DNA of 64,000 bases from Amphiscolops sp. MND2022 (lineage: Eukaryota), in the NCBI GenBank assembly GCA_964187785.1, contig OZ076409.1, positions 9,860,001 to 9,924,000 on the forward strand. The letters run 5' to 3'. Numbering within the stretch: position 1 is the stretch's first letter; each line of letters starts with the position of its first letter. Positions 14,186 through 27,370 of this stretch are shown here, in pieces. The position numbers and the translations under genes were made by a program. A model generated the notes under the pieces. It ran no database searches and had not been told where the DNA came from. It saw only the letters and a program-made list of their open reading frames with translations.

Positions 14186-14688
14186 AAAAAACTACCCGTT
14201 CCTGCACTCCACCACAAACCACCTGTGGCCACCAAGTGGAGACACTTTAGGGCTGCCAATTTTGTTTCCACCGGTGGACACCGGTGGAAAATTTTTCAAA
14301 ATTGAAAAAATGGATTTTGAATATTCAAATCACGCGCTCGAGAATGCTTGCAAGTGAAATTTTGCTTGCCATCATTTTTCAGTTAAAAATCGTATTTTTT
14401 CAGGTTTTGAACAATTCTTGGTTATTCCAGAGGGTTGCCTTAATGACCCGAGTAGCATTAAGGACGCTTTTCGGCATCGGTACCGTGTTTCCCGAAGGTA
14501 GGATGTAACGAATTTTGCTGGTGTATTTATCAATGTCCACCGGTGACCACCGGGTAGCCATTGTAACTGTCTATTCTTCATTTTTTCTCAAAACTTTGCC
14601 AACTAAAAACCAGTTTAATGTGTCACTTTTTCAGGAGTAACGTTTCGTTCAAATCGAAATTAACTTTTTTGACCTGGTTTTGTTCCAG

Positions 14689-14889
14689 AGGCAGATTTGC
14701 CAAAGTGCGTGAGCTGATCCGGCTGGTGGACGGCCAGAAGTTCGCTGGCAAGTTCCAGGGCAAGAGAAGGGCTGCCAAACACATTGACCAAGAAGTCCAG
14801 GTGTACCAGCTGTGTTCCTCTCACCCCAGATTCCCTGCCGTTCACGGGGTGTACGAGAGCGGCAATGAAATCGTCATAGTCCTCGACTA
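14689..14889 (+). CDS. STK17: DRAK/STK17-like (DAPK-family) kinase, coding exon A (Gly loop, catalytic Lys, alphaC)
   Basis: Acceptor ttccag. Encodes (R)GRFAKVRELIRLVDGQKFAGKF...DQEVQVY...HGVYESGNEIVIVLD(Y). Donor GTTAGT at 14890; phase 2/2. Confidence 0.9.
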
Positions 14890-14920
14890 GTTAGTACAAT
14901 CAACGGCTCTGTATCAACGG

Positions 14921-15277
14921 CAGGAATAGATTAAAATCCGATTTTTTAAAAAAAATCAATCAAATCCGATTTTTTATATTCATGGTCGAATTTTTTGGTT
15001 TTAAAGATTTTTTCTGATTTTTTTTTCTGGGAAAACAATATTGTTTAAAAAGATGAAATAAATTCATTTCAAAGCTCTGCAAACTTTGATTTATTCAAAA
15101 CTTTGAAGCAGAATAAAAGTTTGGCAGCTTTTTCGGTTCTTCGATCTTTCAAATTTCTCCCAAACATCGGCAGATTTTTGACCGGGAGCCATGATTACCA
15201 ATTTTCTGATTTTAATTTTTAAGAAATCATGATTTCAATCAATGATATAAATCAACGATATAAATCAACCATTCCTG
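14921..15277. mobile_element. hAT-like MITE
   Basis: caggaatagat...atcaaccattcctg TIRs. Flanks atcaacgg / ataacgg resemble a decayed 8-bp TSD. Confidence 0.55.
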
Positions 15278-18082
15278 ATAACGGTATTTTGACTTTGCAG
15301 GAAAAATTAAAGATGATTGAAATTTTCTCTCGATATTAATACAATAAGAGGCCAGCAGAGCAGCGAGAATTTTCAAGCCCCAAAACGTTTCAGTTTTTTT
15401 ATTACTCTCAATATTGACCGACCTTTCAATATTGACCGAAGTTTTTTAAAACGTTATGAAACTGCTGAAAATTTTATTTAAAACTTGAAATGCCACGGCT
15501 CATTGTGGTAAAAAACAATGCTATAAAATTTCCATTAGTGTTTCATGGCGCGAAATTTTAGCAAATATTTTTGAACCGCTCGAATTATGATCTGAATTAT
15601 GACATGTGCAGTTGTCCTAGTTCGAGGAATGAAGTATCTCCTTTATTGGGTACTTCTATCTAATGTTGCTATCTAGAATTTTGCAAACTATTCCAACAAA
15701 GGGTATTAGTTTCACAACTAGGGGTAAGTCCATTTTACATACCCTTTCTGAATATGCCACGTGTAGCTGATCGAATGTATATTATTGCAATGATTTGTCA
15801 AATAGGTTCAAATTTCATTGGACCAGACTCATTTCCTTCAGCTTTCAATTTCCAAATATGGTCCAGTTTGACACCATGGCAGTTATTTTGATATAATTCC
15901 GGAATTTATAGGGTCCCCTAAATAGCCATACCAAACTTACTGCTCAATGACGAAAGCAGTTCCAAAATAAGTCACGCGTCAAAATAGTTGCCGGGTATTT
16001 GAGGGGTCAACTACCATATATGGAAATATCAGCCGTACGTTTTGAAGCCAAGCACTTTCAAGGTTTCATTTGATGTGTCTAACTGTGGCTCCCGATACAT
16101 ACTTTAATGGCCTGAAAAATGCGCTTAGGGGGATTAAAGTAACGGCGTGTTTCAAAATAAGTCACCCCAAACTGAAGAAAAATGAGTTACTTTATATTGT
16201 GCAAGGTAAACACGGTTATTGTAAGAAATCCGAAGAGTTCACGGTTTAGTTTCTTCTAAAGTGTATTTACACATTATTATCCGCCTATTTTTCAATGGTA
16301 ATGAAAAATTACTAATTCAGCCGCGGTTTTTCCAATCATGTTTCAATTTCAAACCCAATTTATCTAGGTTGTTCCACAGAAATGAACTGCCAGAGAGTTA
16401 GGTTCATATGATGAGTATATATCCAGATATTTGAACTTTTTGTTGAAAAAAAAGACTACCATAAGTGCCGCGATATGACAAACTGACACCAAAAATTCCA
16501 AAACTACCTAATTCAGACCATTTTGTGCAATCTTTGTACAATTTTTGGAAAATTTCCGAGGGTTACAGTATCCACAGAGATTTACATTAAATCAAGAGGT
16601 TATCCAACACGCTTTTAAGAAAAACTTTTCAAAAAAAACCAAGACGTCCCCGGAAACTAATTGTTTCGAGTATTTTAGTTTAGTCCGATATTTTTGTATC
16701 ATTTTTGACTGTTCGCATACAAATAAACATCTACAAAATCCAAAAACAAAACATTCACGTGATACTTCTCGAATTCGAAGTTTGTTGTTTTGAAAAGGCA
16801 AGCAACAAGAGCACAAGATTTCATTTTCAAATTTTGACAATTTTTTGCTACTTTTTATTAAGTTTTGAATGTTTTTGAGGGGTCTTCTTCTACTGAGAGT
16901 TCAAAGAAACAGACTTTTATACTGAGCACACTTTTAAAGAACGAAATTTGAGGGTTTCCTTATAAAAAGTCTCGTAAACAATTAATGCAACTTTTTCTTC
17001 CAAGTTTTGAGTTTTATGCAACTTTGGTCAAATGTTAGATGCTTTGGTGGGTATTACAAAAACAATAGTTCAAAGTGAACAAATGTATATTTTCGGCAAC
17101 TTTTTGTAAGAGTTCAGAGGTTTGTAGCTTAAAAAGCCTCGAAATGTCCAAAAACAGCGAAATTGCCTAAAATTGTCAATTGCGATAATTTTACTTTGTC
17201 TACGAAATGTGGTTGCATGTAATGTGAAAGATTATCCACAGATTCCAACGAAAAATTTGACCACAAAGAATAATGTGGGAAACCTTCAGTGTTTATCAAT
17301 CAATGAAATACGTGAAATGAATCAAAAGGTTTCAGCTTTTTCTCTGTTTTGACTGTTTTATGCATTTTCGTTTAACATTCGAGTGCTTTCGCGGGTTGAA
17401 ATTCCACATAAAAGCTAGAACAATTCGGAGGCTACATTACAGTTTTTGGAAGTGAGGAAAACGACTTATCCGTTATAGTTGTCTTTATGAACCAAAATTA
17501 TTTAGTTTTTTTTTGGTGTTTAAACAATTTTTGTATCATAACGTGGGTTCAAAGGTTCAGAAAAAAACAAAAAAATGCTGCTTGGGCTGGTAAGCATTTT
17601 ACCAAGAAGAAATTGTTTAGTTTTCTTGAACTAATCTAAATTTTGACATTTTGTGTTCATGAGGTATTCAATGCATTAGGCTTTCGTTGAAGTAAATTTT
17701 GATTTTCTATTTACTATTCACCTTTGAGCAGGTTTTTCGCTCTTAGCTAAGTTGTATGGTCAATAGGAAAATCGCACATGGCAAAGAAACTTGAAAAAGC
17801 ACCGGCGAGCAGTCACACATTTGTGACTTTGAAAAAGTCACTTCAAAGTCACTGCTTTAAGCCAAACATTTTGTGACACTTGGCTGTAATTATGTTACCG
17901 TAGCTTGAGGAGTGTCCAGGAAAGGCACCGTTTTAGAAAAGCAGACATGCGCTTTCGACATTTACCCTGTAGAATTGAGGAATTGAACTTTCATCTTTAT
18001 TCTCATCCATTGAATGTTCAATGTGAATTGGGTTTCTTTTTTTGTATATTTTGGAGTGAAAATATTTTAGGGGATATTTTGA

Positions 18083-18335
18083 GGAGGAAAATCATGATAT
18101 GTGTTGCGTTTTATTCCCAAATTCTGCCAAATCTCCCAGTTCCTCCCACTTATAGTTACTTGACGCGCGCCATCCACTACTTGACTATTTTATATAGTTA
18201 CTTGACTACTTTAGTTACTTGAACACTTGCAAAATCTCCACTATGGCAGGCACGAGGTCGTGGGTTCAAACCCGGGCTGATGCGTTACATTTTTAGTGGA
18301 AAATATCCCGGTGCTTAGCGGGCGTTATCATATAT
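18083..18335 (+). repeat. Short dispersed repeat with tRNA B-box-like motif (family D)
   Basis: Contains ggttcaaaccc and 'gttacttgac' subrepeats. A second copy at ~50900-51061 plus 55084-55160 is split by an LTR element. Confidence 0.6.
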
Positions 18336-20086
18336 TAAGTCAATATACCGAAAATACCCCGGTTTCGGATTTGAAACTTTTAAAGGCATTTGTTTCTATT
18401 ATCTTTCCACATCGAAATAGAATGGCCCTTGTTTGGGTTGAATCAACTGCAGCCAGTTCTCAAGATTATGCTTCTTTTTTTAATAGGGTAAACTTGACGG
18501 AAGTGTAAAAAAAATGTGAATTTCAACAATTTTTTCCTACGAAGTGTTCCACGCAAGTTCTTACCAAGTTTTATTCGAAAACACAGGGAATGTTGATTGA
18601 ATCAAATGGACAATTATCGTGCATTTTCGGTTGATATTCTAGTTATCCCTTGAGTTCCTCAAAAACTATTGAAACTGTTCCTGAAATAAAATAGAAACTT
18701 TGAGAAAAAATTTACTAGCCTCTTTTCGAGTCAACAACATTTTGGTTTGGCTAGTGATTAATGCCTTTGGTAAGCAGCAATCAATTGTCAAGACAACGGT
18801 TCCCTCGGTCCTGTCCAAAAGCATTGTGCCTGAATTTGATCATTTTAACTTTTAAACAGATTTCAATTCCGATACCGAAAAGTTTACTGTACAGCTCTGG
18901 TTCCTGGATTCATGCCAAATTTCCACAAAATATTATTTGGGTCCTCAATTTTCATTTGCTGCAAGTTCTTGCTAATGAGTCATTCAAAAATACAAAAATG
19001 TATTTGACTTTTCGAAGCGTTTTTCAAGCAGTTCAAGTGCTGTTTTTTGTCATAGCTAACGATAAATTCATTGCTGCTTTCTTTATTCGTTGGTTCGTTG
19101 AACTTTTTCATTCATTAGTCAAAATGTTTTATTCAACCTCTTCAACAGAACTCTTTGTTTTGAGATTACCTGGTTTTGAATAGATTAACCAAAAATTTAG
19201 TACTTCAATAATAGGATAAGATCGCAATCTGCAGGATTTAATTTTCATAATTGAACACCTTTTTACAATATACTGAACGGAATAATGAAAAACACATGTG
19301 TGCGTTTATTTGATGACTCATCCTTTTGGGTCATACTGGTCATTTTATATCACTGTCGCATCCGCGGGCATGAATTGATCTGTTGATTATTGGATATAGT
19401 TGATGTATTCTGAGTCATTCGAAAGCATCTTTACATACTAAATCGTTCACGCAGGCCTTAAGTTTACATGACATGACGCATGTTTTTCGAGACTAGCTTT
19501 TTGAGTCGATAAAATTTTCACTTTGATTCAAATTTAATAGCCACTAGAAACATGCATGTTCAACTTCTTAACTTCCATTGGATTGATTTTTCGTTTGAAC
19601 AAATTATTCTTCACTCACTTCAACTGTGACTATGTTCAAATTAACGTTTTTTTTGTGACTCAAGAAATAAAGCGGATGATTTCTTCATCAAAAATGAGTG
19701 ACTTCATAGGGAAAAATGGTGATAATCCTAAACTGCCACCTTTAAATTGAACTCAAAATTAAAGGTTTTTGGTACGGTTTTCAATCTTTTTTATTGTAAT
19801 ATTCTGACTGAATTTGGCGGTGGGGGTGTTGGGTGTTGGGACGGAAAAGAACCAAATTATATTGTAGACCTTACATGATTTCATACAAGGTGATTAGTTA
19901 CTAATTTATAACAATTTTTCAATATTTTAGCAAATTTCACACGCGTAGAGCGATGTGTTAGGGAAAATGTTCCCTATTTTCTCCGATTCCAACAAAGATT
20001 TTTATCAATATTTGTTTCCAGAAAAAAAATTGCTGAAATAATTGAACGAGCTGTCTTTAGTTCTTGAATTGAATCAATTGTTCTAG

Positions 20087-20261
20087 TGCGTTCGGGGGAG
20101 AAATTTACCCCTACTGCGTGGGCACTGACCCCGAGAATCCAGACGATGAGAACAGCGAAGGTCTCGTCTTCACAGAAGATGACGTCATCAAATACATGAC
20201 ACAACTGCTGCAAGCCGTGCAATTTTTACACAAAAACAATATTCTTCACCTCGACCTCAAA
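20087..20261 (+). CDS. STK17: DRAK/STK17-like kinase, exon B
   Basis: Acceptor ttctag. Encodes (Y)AFGGEIYPYCVGTDPENPDDENSEGLVFTEDDVIKYMTQLLQAVQFLHKNNILHLDLK. Donor GTTAGT at 20262; phase matches exon A. Missed by the ORF track. Confidence 0.93.
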
Positions 20262-20672
20262 GTTAGTTGACCTCGACCCCAAAGTTAGTTGACCTCGACC
20301 TCAAAGTTAGTTGACCTCGACCTCAAAGTTAGTTGACCTCGACCTCAAAGTTAGTTGACCTCGACCTCAAAGTTGGTTGACCTCGACCTCAAAGTTAGTT
20401 GACCTCGACCCCAAAGTTAGTTGACCTTGACCTCGACCTCAAAGTTAGTTGACCTCGACCTCAAAGTTAGTTGACCTCGACCTCAAAGTTAGTTGACCTC
20501 GACCCCAAAGTTAGTTGACCTCGACCCCAAAGTTAGTTGACCTCGACCTCAAAGTTAGTTGACCTCGACCTCAAAGTTAGTTGACCTCGACCTCAAAGTT
20601 AGTTGACCTCGACCCCAAAGTTAGCTGACCTCGACCTCAAGGTTTGTTGACCTCGACCTCAAAGTTAGTCAC
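20249..20672 (+). repeat. 22-bp minisatellite (CCTCGACCTCAAAGTTAGTTGA, 19 copies) made from the exon B/intron junction
   Basis: Counted directly: 8 units, a 6-bp ccttga insert, then 11 units. Variants include cccc, ttgg, gctga and ggtttg. Confidence 0.95.
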
Positions 20673-20999
20673 TTCAACCTCGAAACAAAGTTTTGTCATG
20701 TAATGAATTTATTTCTATTTAATTCCAGAAATGGAAAATTGCTGTGTAATTCTACAAGATTTATCCCCGGGACCTTACTGAAATTTTTAAGTTTTATAAA
20801 AAATTACCCTGCATGCAGGCCTGCAGCATGTAAAAGGTTCCAAAAGTCTCAACTAGTGTAATATGTAAGAATGCATTTTATAAATAAGTTCTGATATTCA
20901 TCTTGTTCTTTTGAGGAATTCCTACTGCAACTTTTCAAAATTCAAGTCTTTTTATATTTATAGTATTCCAATGAAACGTGATGTATTGTAAGGTTTGAT

Positions 21000-22700
21000 T
21001 CGGATTTGTTTTTTTTTCACACCGGTTTCAATAAATATATCAAAATTCAGACCATGTACGCTGCATAATCAATCAAGGATTTAATAGAATTTCCAAAAGT
21101 TTCCGAATGACCTTTCCACATCTGGACAACTTTAAAGGGTCCATTCTTAAATTCGGTGAAGACATATTTGCAAACATGGAAACTAGAAACAGATGCGCAA
21201 GCAATACGGTTAAAACTCTGTCAATGCTTTTCAAAACCTTGTTCGAATTAAAATAGAAGACAGTACTTTTTCAAGCTTGAGACGTTCTGAAAGCATCGAG
21301 TTTTCACATATGCAGGCAACCCTATAACTGTTTTGAAAGCTTAAGTGTCAAAGATCTACAGGGAGGGTTCAAATCCGCAGGGTTGAAGTTTGAGGATTGA
21401 TCTAAATTTATAGATAATCAAGTCAGTTTCTGGTCTAGAGAACTGAACGCTATTGAATCGTTAGATTTCCAGTCTTTAGAGCTTTTAAAACTTTATAAGG
21501 TTAATTCTAGAATTAAATTGAATTTTCTCTGTTATAAACTTGCCGATACCAGAGGAACTTTGTGGAAACGAATTAACCTTTCTGAGGAACTTTTATTACC
21601 AACATGTAATAATCAAGAATCTTTGGTACGAAAATTTATTCAGTTCACTTTCATGCGATCAAGCTGTTAGGATTTGTATGAGGACAAAATCTGTATTTCA
21701 TATTTATTATATACTGCACAATTGTACAAAAATGTACGTAAGGTATATAAATGCATACCTTATATTTTATCTTACCTTAGATTTATCTTTCAGCAATCTA
21801 CCCAAAATCCAACAATCTGTCAAAACGCGAAATTTCGTTTCCCGGTTTCAGTTCATATCCACCAATTTATGGCACGGCTGGCTTCTTGCAAAATGGAATG
21901 TAAATATTAAATATTCAAGGTACCCGTCCGTTCAATTTGCAAATGCAATATTGTGCTTCTTCAAATTGAGTTTGCTGAAAAGTTTCTCTACTTCGCCGCT
22001 TGAGTTTCATAAATCATGAACTCATTCCAAATTCTTGGGTTACCTTGACCATGTGAACGGAAAATCATTTCATTCACAAGGAGCTTGTTGGATTCCATTT
22101 AATCCTGAAAAGTCGAACGAAATCTGAACAGATTGGGACCAAAATTTTGAACCGAATGTCAACTAAACAAAACTATTTTGTGGCAAATTAAGTTAACGTG
22201 ATTATCGCGGCATAATCTGAGTTGAAATTTGACAAGATTTTCGAGACTCTGTGGATTTAGTAGAAATATTTCCCTGTTCTGACGAATGTAAAACGACTGA
22301 GGAAAACGTTTTTGACATTATATTGACACTTCATAACATTAAATTCCAGCTATGAAATCCAACTAGATAGCCCACGGGACGTTAAAAAAACTTGAACATA
22401 AAAGTCAAAAGTTATAAGAAGAAAATACGAAGAGGCGTTTAAGTTTGAGAACCGAACGTAGTTGATTTTTGTGAAACCAAACGGTTCGCCTCAAGCGAAA
22501 AGCTATGGCGCGCAGAATGACAAGTTTCAACTAAATACAATTTTCCAAGTACTTACGAATCAGGTCTCAAGATTGCAGTACTCGAGATTTTGGTGTTTAT
22601 GGGCATTTGGGCGACGGAAAGTTTCTTCACAATTTGGAAATTTGCAGCAAAGAAAGTAGAACTATTTAGTTTGACGGGTTTCACGATAAGATACCATTTT
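21000..22700 (-). mobile_element. Possible decayed hAT transposase remnant
   Basis: Minus strand near 21950-22010 reads NSSGEVEKLFSKLNLKK, similar to the hAT C-terminal 'ERxFS' motif. Boundaries uncertain. Confidence 0.3.
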
Positions 22701-24689
22701 GTTTACCTTAGCCAACTTAGCCGGCTAGGGAACAAATAAATATTTCGCTGGGATAGCAAGACTATGAAGGGAGAGTTGAAAGGGTCCGATTTCGGAGCTA
22801 AACAAATTCGTGACACGAAACCGGTGATCATTTTTCAGTTAACAGCAGGCGGTTTGGAGAGCAAACAAAGCGTGAACCCGTTTGTGTCAAATAGTTCGTT
22901 CCCACGACCCAATCCAAACACTTAATCAAAGTCTTCTCGTTATGTTTCCAGTCGGCATTAGTTACATTTTGAACTCTTAATGGTTATTGTTTAAAATTGA
23001 GACGTGGTCGAAATATGTCTGAAACTCTTTGAAACCGGAAGTGTTTGCATTTTTGTTTCCGGCAACCGGAAGCGGCAACTGGGAAAGAAAGATATTTGTT
23101 GATTCGTCCGACCGATTGCATAATTGGGTTAATGATTAAAACATGCTCTAATCTGTTCCATCGCTCCACTAGGGAGGAGCACCGAAGGGTGACTCAGGGG
23201 ATAACAGGGAAGGCGACTGGTTTTCCCAACTGGTATTGAAGAGGGGAATTCGAAAACATTTGCATAGGCGAACTATGTATGGGTTCAAGTATTGGAGACG
23301 GCCCATTTTAGGACGAACTTCCTCCCAAACTCCGATTGATAGTTGTTTTGAAGCAGATGTTTGAGTTTTTACATGTACAGTTGTATGCCTTTTCTTAGGA
23401 TGTTGTATGCTTTCTCATGGATGAAGGCAATACAGTATCGTTCTAAAAAAATCGCAACCCAATTGCTTAAAATCGCAACTTTCAAATCCAAATATCTTGA
23501 AAACTGTCACGAATATGGATGATTGTCAGTTAGGAAAGTTTCTTAGAATTGTTTGTAGTTTATAAAAGTATTTGAATTTTCTGTCACGAAACTTAGAGAA
23601 GTTGAAAATGGTAATTTTTGACGAAATTTTATCAACCTTGAACATCACCATTTTCACAGAGTTGAAAAAAAATATTTTGAGAAAATTTCAGTCAATATTT
23701 TGCCCCCAAATCTACTGAGGGTTGCTAATATGATTTGATTAAAAAACTTTTTCGATTTAAAATAAAAATAATTATCTAAATACATCTATTGCAATGCACA
23801 TAGACACAAAATATATTGCATTTTTTTTTCAAAACAAATTCACCATCAATACAATTTTGTAGGTTTGGGAGATTATAAGGAATCTCAGAATAACTTTTAT
23901 ACAAAAAATTGAATTTAGGCGGCCTCTCAAATATTGAGAAAACTGAAGTTTCAATTAAAATTCTTAAAGTTTGCAATTTCACAATAAGGGTCGTAGAAAT
24001 TTTTAACATAGATGAAATTCTAAGAAACTTTTCTAGCTGGCATTTTTTTGAATTTGCGACAGTTTGCGAAATACAGAGAACTTCGCTTAATTGCACACCC
24101 ACAGGACCGACGACTGTTGTGCAATTACGCGACGTGATACTGTTTTTCGGACCGATTTCTTAGAAAAAACCTATGCAATTAGGCGAAGTTTGCAACTAGG
24201 CGATGTGCAATTAACCGATGCTAATTAGTCCTATGAAATGACGGTGGTGAACATTTTTTTTTGCAATTAAACGGAGTATGCAATTAGTGGGTGTGCAATT
24301 ATGCAAAATCCTCTGTATTTGATTTTGAATTTTGTCATTCTGAGTTTTGGAGTTGCAATATTTCAGAACGTAAGTCAGGTAATATATTTGGATGAAATAA
24401 TACAAATATACGAAATAATGATGCATAGCATACTAATAATCATCAACCTAAAACATCCCAAAGGGACAAGGAATGAGTATACATGCTCTTCGAGTCGTTG
24501 CCCCGAGAATCAATTAGGACGTATTGAATAGTTCTACTTTGATGCTTAGAAAAAAATTGAGTAGAGGTGTTTGTTATTAACAATATATAAATCAGTGAAC
24601 TTTTTTGTATATTTTCGAAGTTGAACCCTACAGAAAGACTCAATATTTTCCGGGAGTAAGTCCATCCACTTCAACCAATTGAATGCTTT

Positions 24690-25720
24690 CCGCAATTTGT
24701 TTTCTAATGGTTTCCTTTTTACTACAGTTCTGCATTATGTTGAACGAAAAAGTCCTTTTCGGCCCCAGCGGGTTGTCGGTTTCTACTGTTGTACAATTTT
24801 CTTCGGGGAATATTTTTGTGGTATCTCATTACGTAGTTGTTTGAAAAGCGACTTGACAAGCTCTTCCATGTAAAGTTCAAAAATTGTCAGCACTTTATTC
24901 TCTAAAAATAAGTTCGCAATTGATTCAAATCGTTTTTAAAAAAAAACCGGAAAAGTCTTCGCTGTGCGTTTTCAATTTTGTTTTCAATTTCGTTTTAGCT
25001 GCTGAGCCATACACTAAAATACCGTAGGAAATGATTGACCTGGCAAACGAATTATATAACATGAGACAACTTTTTACGGATACAAGTCTCTTACACAGTA
25101 AATTAAACCACAAAATTTATTTCTTCACAACGTAGTTGATGTGTTCCCTGAACTTGAGACATCCATCTAGATGTAGACCTAAGTAATTACATGCAGATTT
25201 GTAACATAGTTCTTCATTTAAAATAGTTATTTTTTCTGGCAATCCGCAGCCAAGTGATATTGCTTCAAATTTACGTATATTTAATAACTGTCAGTTTACT
25301 AGCTGTGAACCAATCAGTGATTCTATGGAGATCTTCATTGATTTTCCGGTCAGTATTTTTTCCTGACTTTTTAATAGGTGTGTCATCTGCGAACATTACT
25401 ATTTGGCTGTCCTTCACAACTAGATCATTGAAGTAGAGGAGGAGAAGGAATGGGCCTAGTACACATCCCTGGGAACGCCAGTTTTAGCACAGAGCTTATT
25501 GGAATGATTTCCGTTATCACAAACAAAATGATACCGGTCACTGATATTCTTCCGGAGTATTTCTAAAATCGTTCTAAAGCAAGCTTGTCCTTTATTCTTT
25601 ACCTCAATAAATTCTCATGAATTCTGTCACAGAGTTAATAGCGTCAATGTATAATGCTTTTGTAGACCTAATGATGTTTTCAAAACGATCCGTATTTCAG
25701 TATAACGTTTTTCTAAAAAC
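24690..25720 (-). mobile_element. Decayed CR1/L2-like LINE RT fragment
   Basis: Minus strand gives GVP-QGCVLGPFLLLLYFNDL, IVMFADDT, YLGLHLDG and LYNSFARSIISYGILVYGSA, with frameshifts. Confidence 0.8.
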
Positions 25721-26563
25721 AAAATGTAAAATAAAAGATGTCACTCAAGTTTTGTTGTTTTAGGCATGTATTTTATTTTATCTTGAAATATTGGAACAAA
25801 TATGAAATAGGGTATTATGCAGTATATAGTGCTTTTATACTCTTTATATAGTATATAATATGCATTTTTAGTGAGATTATTTAGTTCTGCAATAAATTCA
25901 CTTGGAAACTAAAAATAGCCCCGACGATAGTTAAAGGCTGAATAACACTAAAATATACAAGCTGCTAAAGATGTAAACAATCCGCGAAGTATCATTTCAG
26001 GTATTGATTATTTAGACATTGATCTCAGCTCTGTCGACGCTTTGTTTTGCTTAGGGTACGATTTCTCTTAGGCTAGTAATAGTTGCGGAATTATTTACTT
26101 TGATAACCTAACCAAGTTATAGTACCCTGGGAAATGACAACGGACAAATTTACATTTAACCCGTTCTCAGATTCTACACATATATTCGCGACGCTAATCG
26201 AACTTTTTATAGCTAAAATGGAGGCTCTCCCAGAAATAGCAAAAACATAACATGCTTTTGTAAAAGGAGAAATCAGAAGTTTCGGAGAGCTTTTCGTGCA
26301 ACTTTTCGTGAATATGTTGTCGCTAAAATGATTCAAGGCGGAAAATATTCAGGGCTCTTCTAGCGTTTTAGATGTTTAGAAAAAGCTGACATAGAAAAAG
26401 CGATTTGTTTCATGTCATGCTCGTTTTATGGAAATTATAGTGAAGAAAACTCTTTGCCCAGTTCCGCGAGGTGGGCGTAGAATAAGGAAAACCTGCTCTT
26501 CTGAGTCAGTTCAGGTCACTTCGGAATACTGTCTCTCCACAGCAAGCTATACTACCATATTTG

Positions 26564-26966
26564 GGCTATTTTTTGTTCCCCCCACCACCAAAATTTTTTT
26601 TGGAAAATTAGTGAAAATATTATAAATAGATTTGAATACAAACCAGAAAGCTTCAGTTTTAAACTTATTCTCAAAGTGATAGTTGAGGATTCAGATACAA
26701 ACTTTGTTCACACTTTTTCCTTAAGTAGTCACGCATTTTTGATGAAGAAATCAACAGCTTCCTGTTTTAAGTTAACAAAAAAACACTTAATGCGAACATA
26801 ATTATAGTCAAAATGCGTGAACAATGTTTTGTTCGAGCGGAACACTACTCTAATAGAAGTTAACTTCCTGTTATGAAAGAAGGTTTTTACTTTAATTAGG
26901 ATAGTCCAAAGATTTTAATGAAAGTTATTTTCAAAAATTTTGGTGGTGGGGGGGCAGAAAAGAACC
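26564..26966. mobile_element. Second copy of the GGCTC-ended MITE with 8-bp TSD
   Basis: High similarity to 7753-8162. CATATTTG is duplicated at 26556-26563 and 26967-26974. Confidence 0.9.
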
Positions 26967-27370
26967 CATATTTGTACCATACCAGACAAGTCGTGAATCA
27001 ATGGTCAGCTGCAAGTTTTGGTTGAAGCAAATTCACTGAATCAAATTCACAAAGTTGTAACAGCTCGCCGTTGCTTTTTAAAAAATTGTTCCTTCATCAA
27101 ATGCGTTTTTAAGGATCATACAACTACGCTAGGGATGAAGGACTTGACTAAGCTAAAGGGAATGAAGAAGTACAATTTCAAGATCTTTACATTCCCACAA
27201 CAAACTCCCTAAATGGTTGCACATGTTTTTTTTGAAAAATGAAATTAAAGTTCGGTCAAAACAAAGAACAAAATATAAGCTGATAGCGCAGAGGTAAAAT
27301 ACTGGACTTTCAATGAATAGATCACAGGTTCGTATCACGGTGTTTGCATTACTTCGTATAAAACAAGCAA

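Noticed and set aside
14618..14688. ATG at 14618 as the kinase start with stop at 14890
   Set aside because: The upstream part is a pyrimidine-rich acceptor region, and the apparent TAG overlaps the donor (TA|GTTAGT).
18255..18280. tRNA gene (GGTTCAAACCC; also at 55086)
   Set aside because: Only a B-box/T-arm-like motif inside a dispersed repeat; no cloverleaf could be folded.
20249..20672. CRISPR-like array
   Set aside because: Head-to-tail repeats with no unique spacers, no cas genes, and a eukaryotic intron context.
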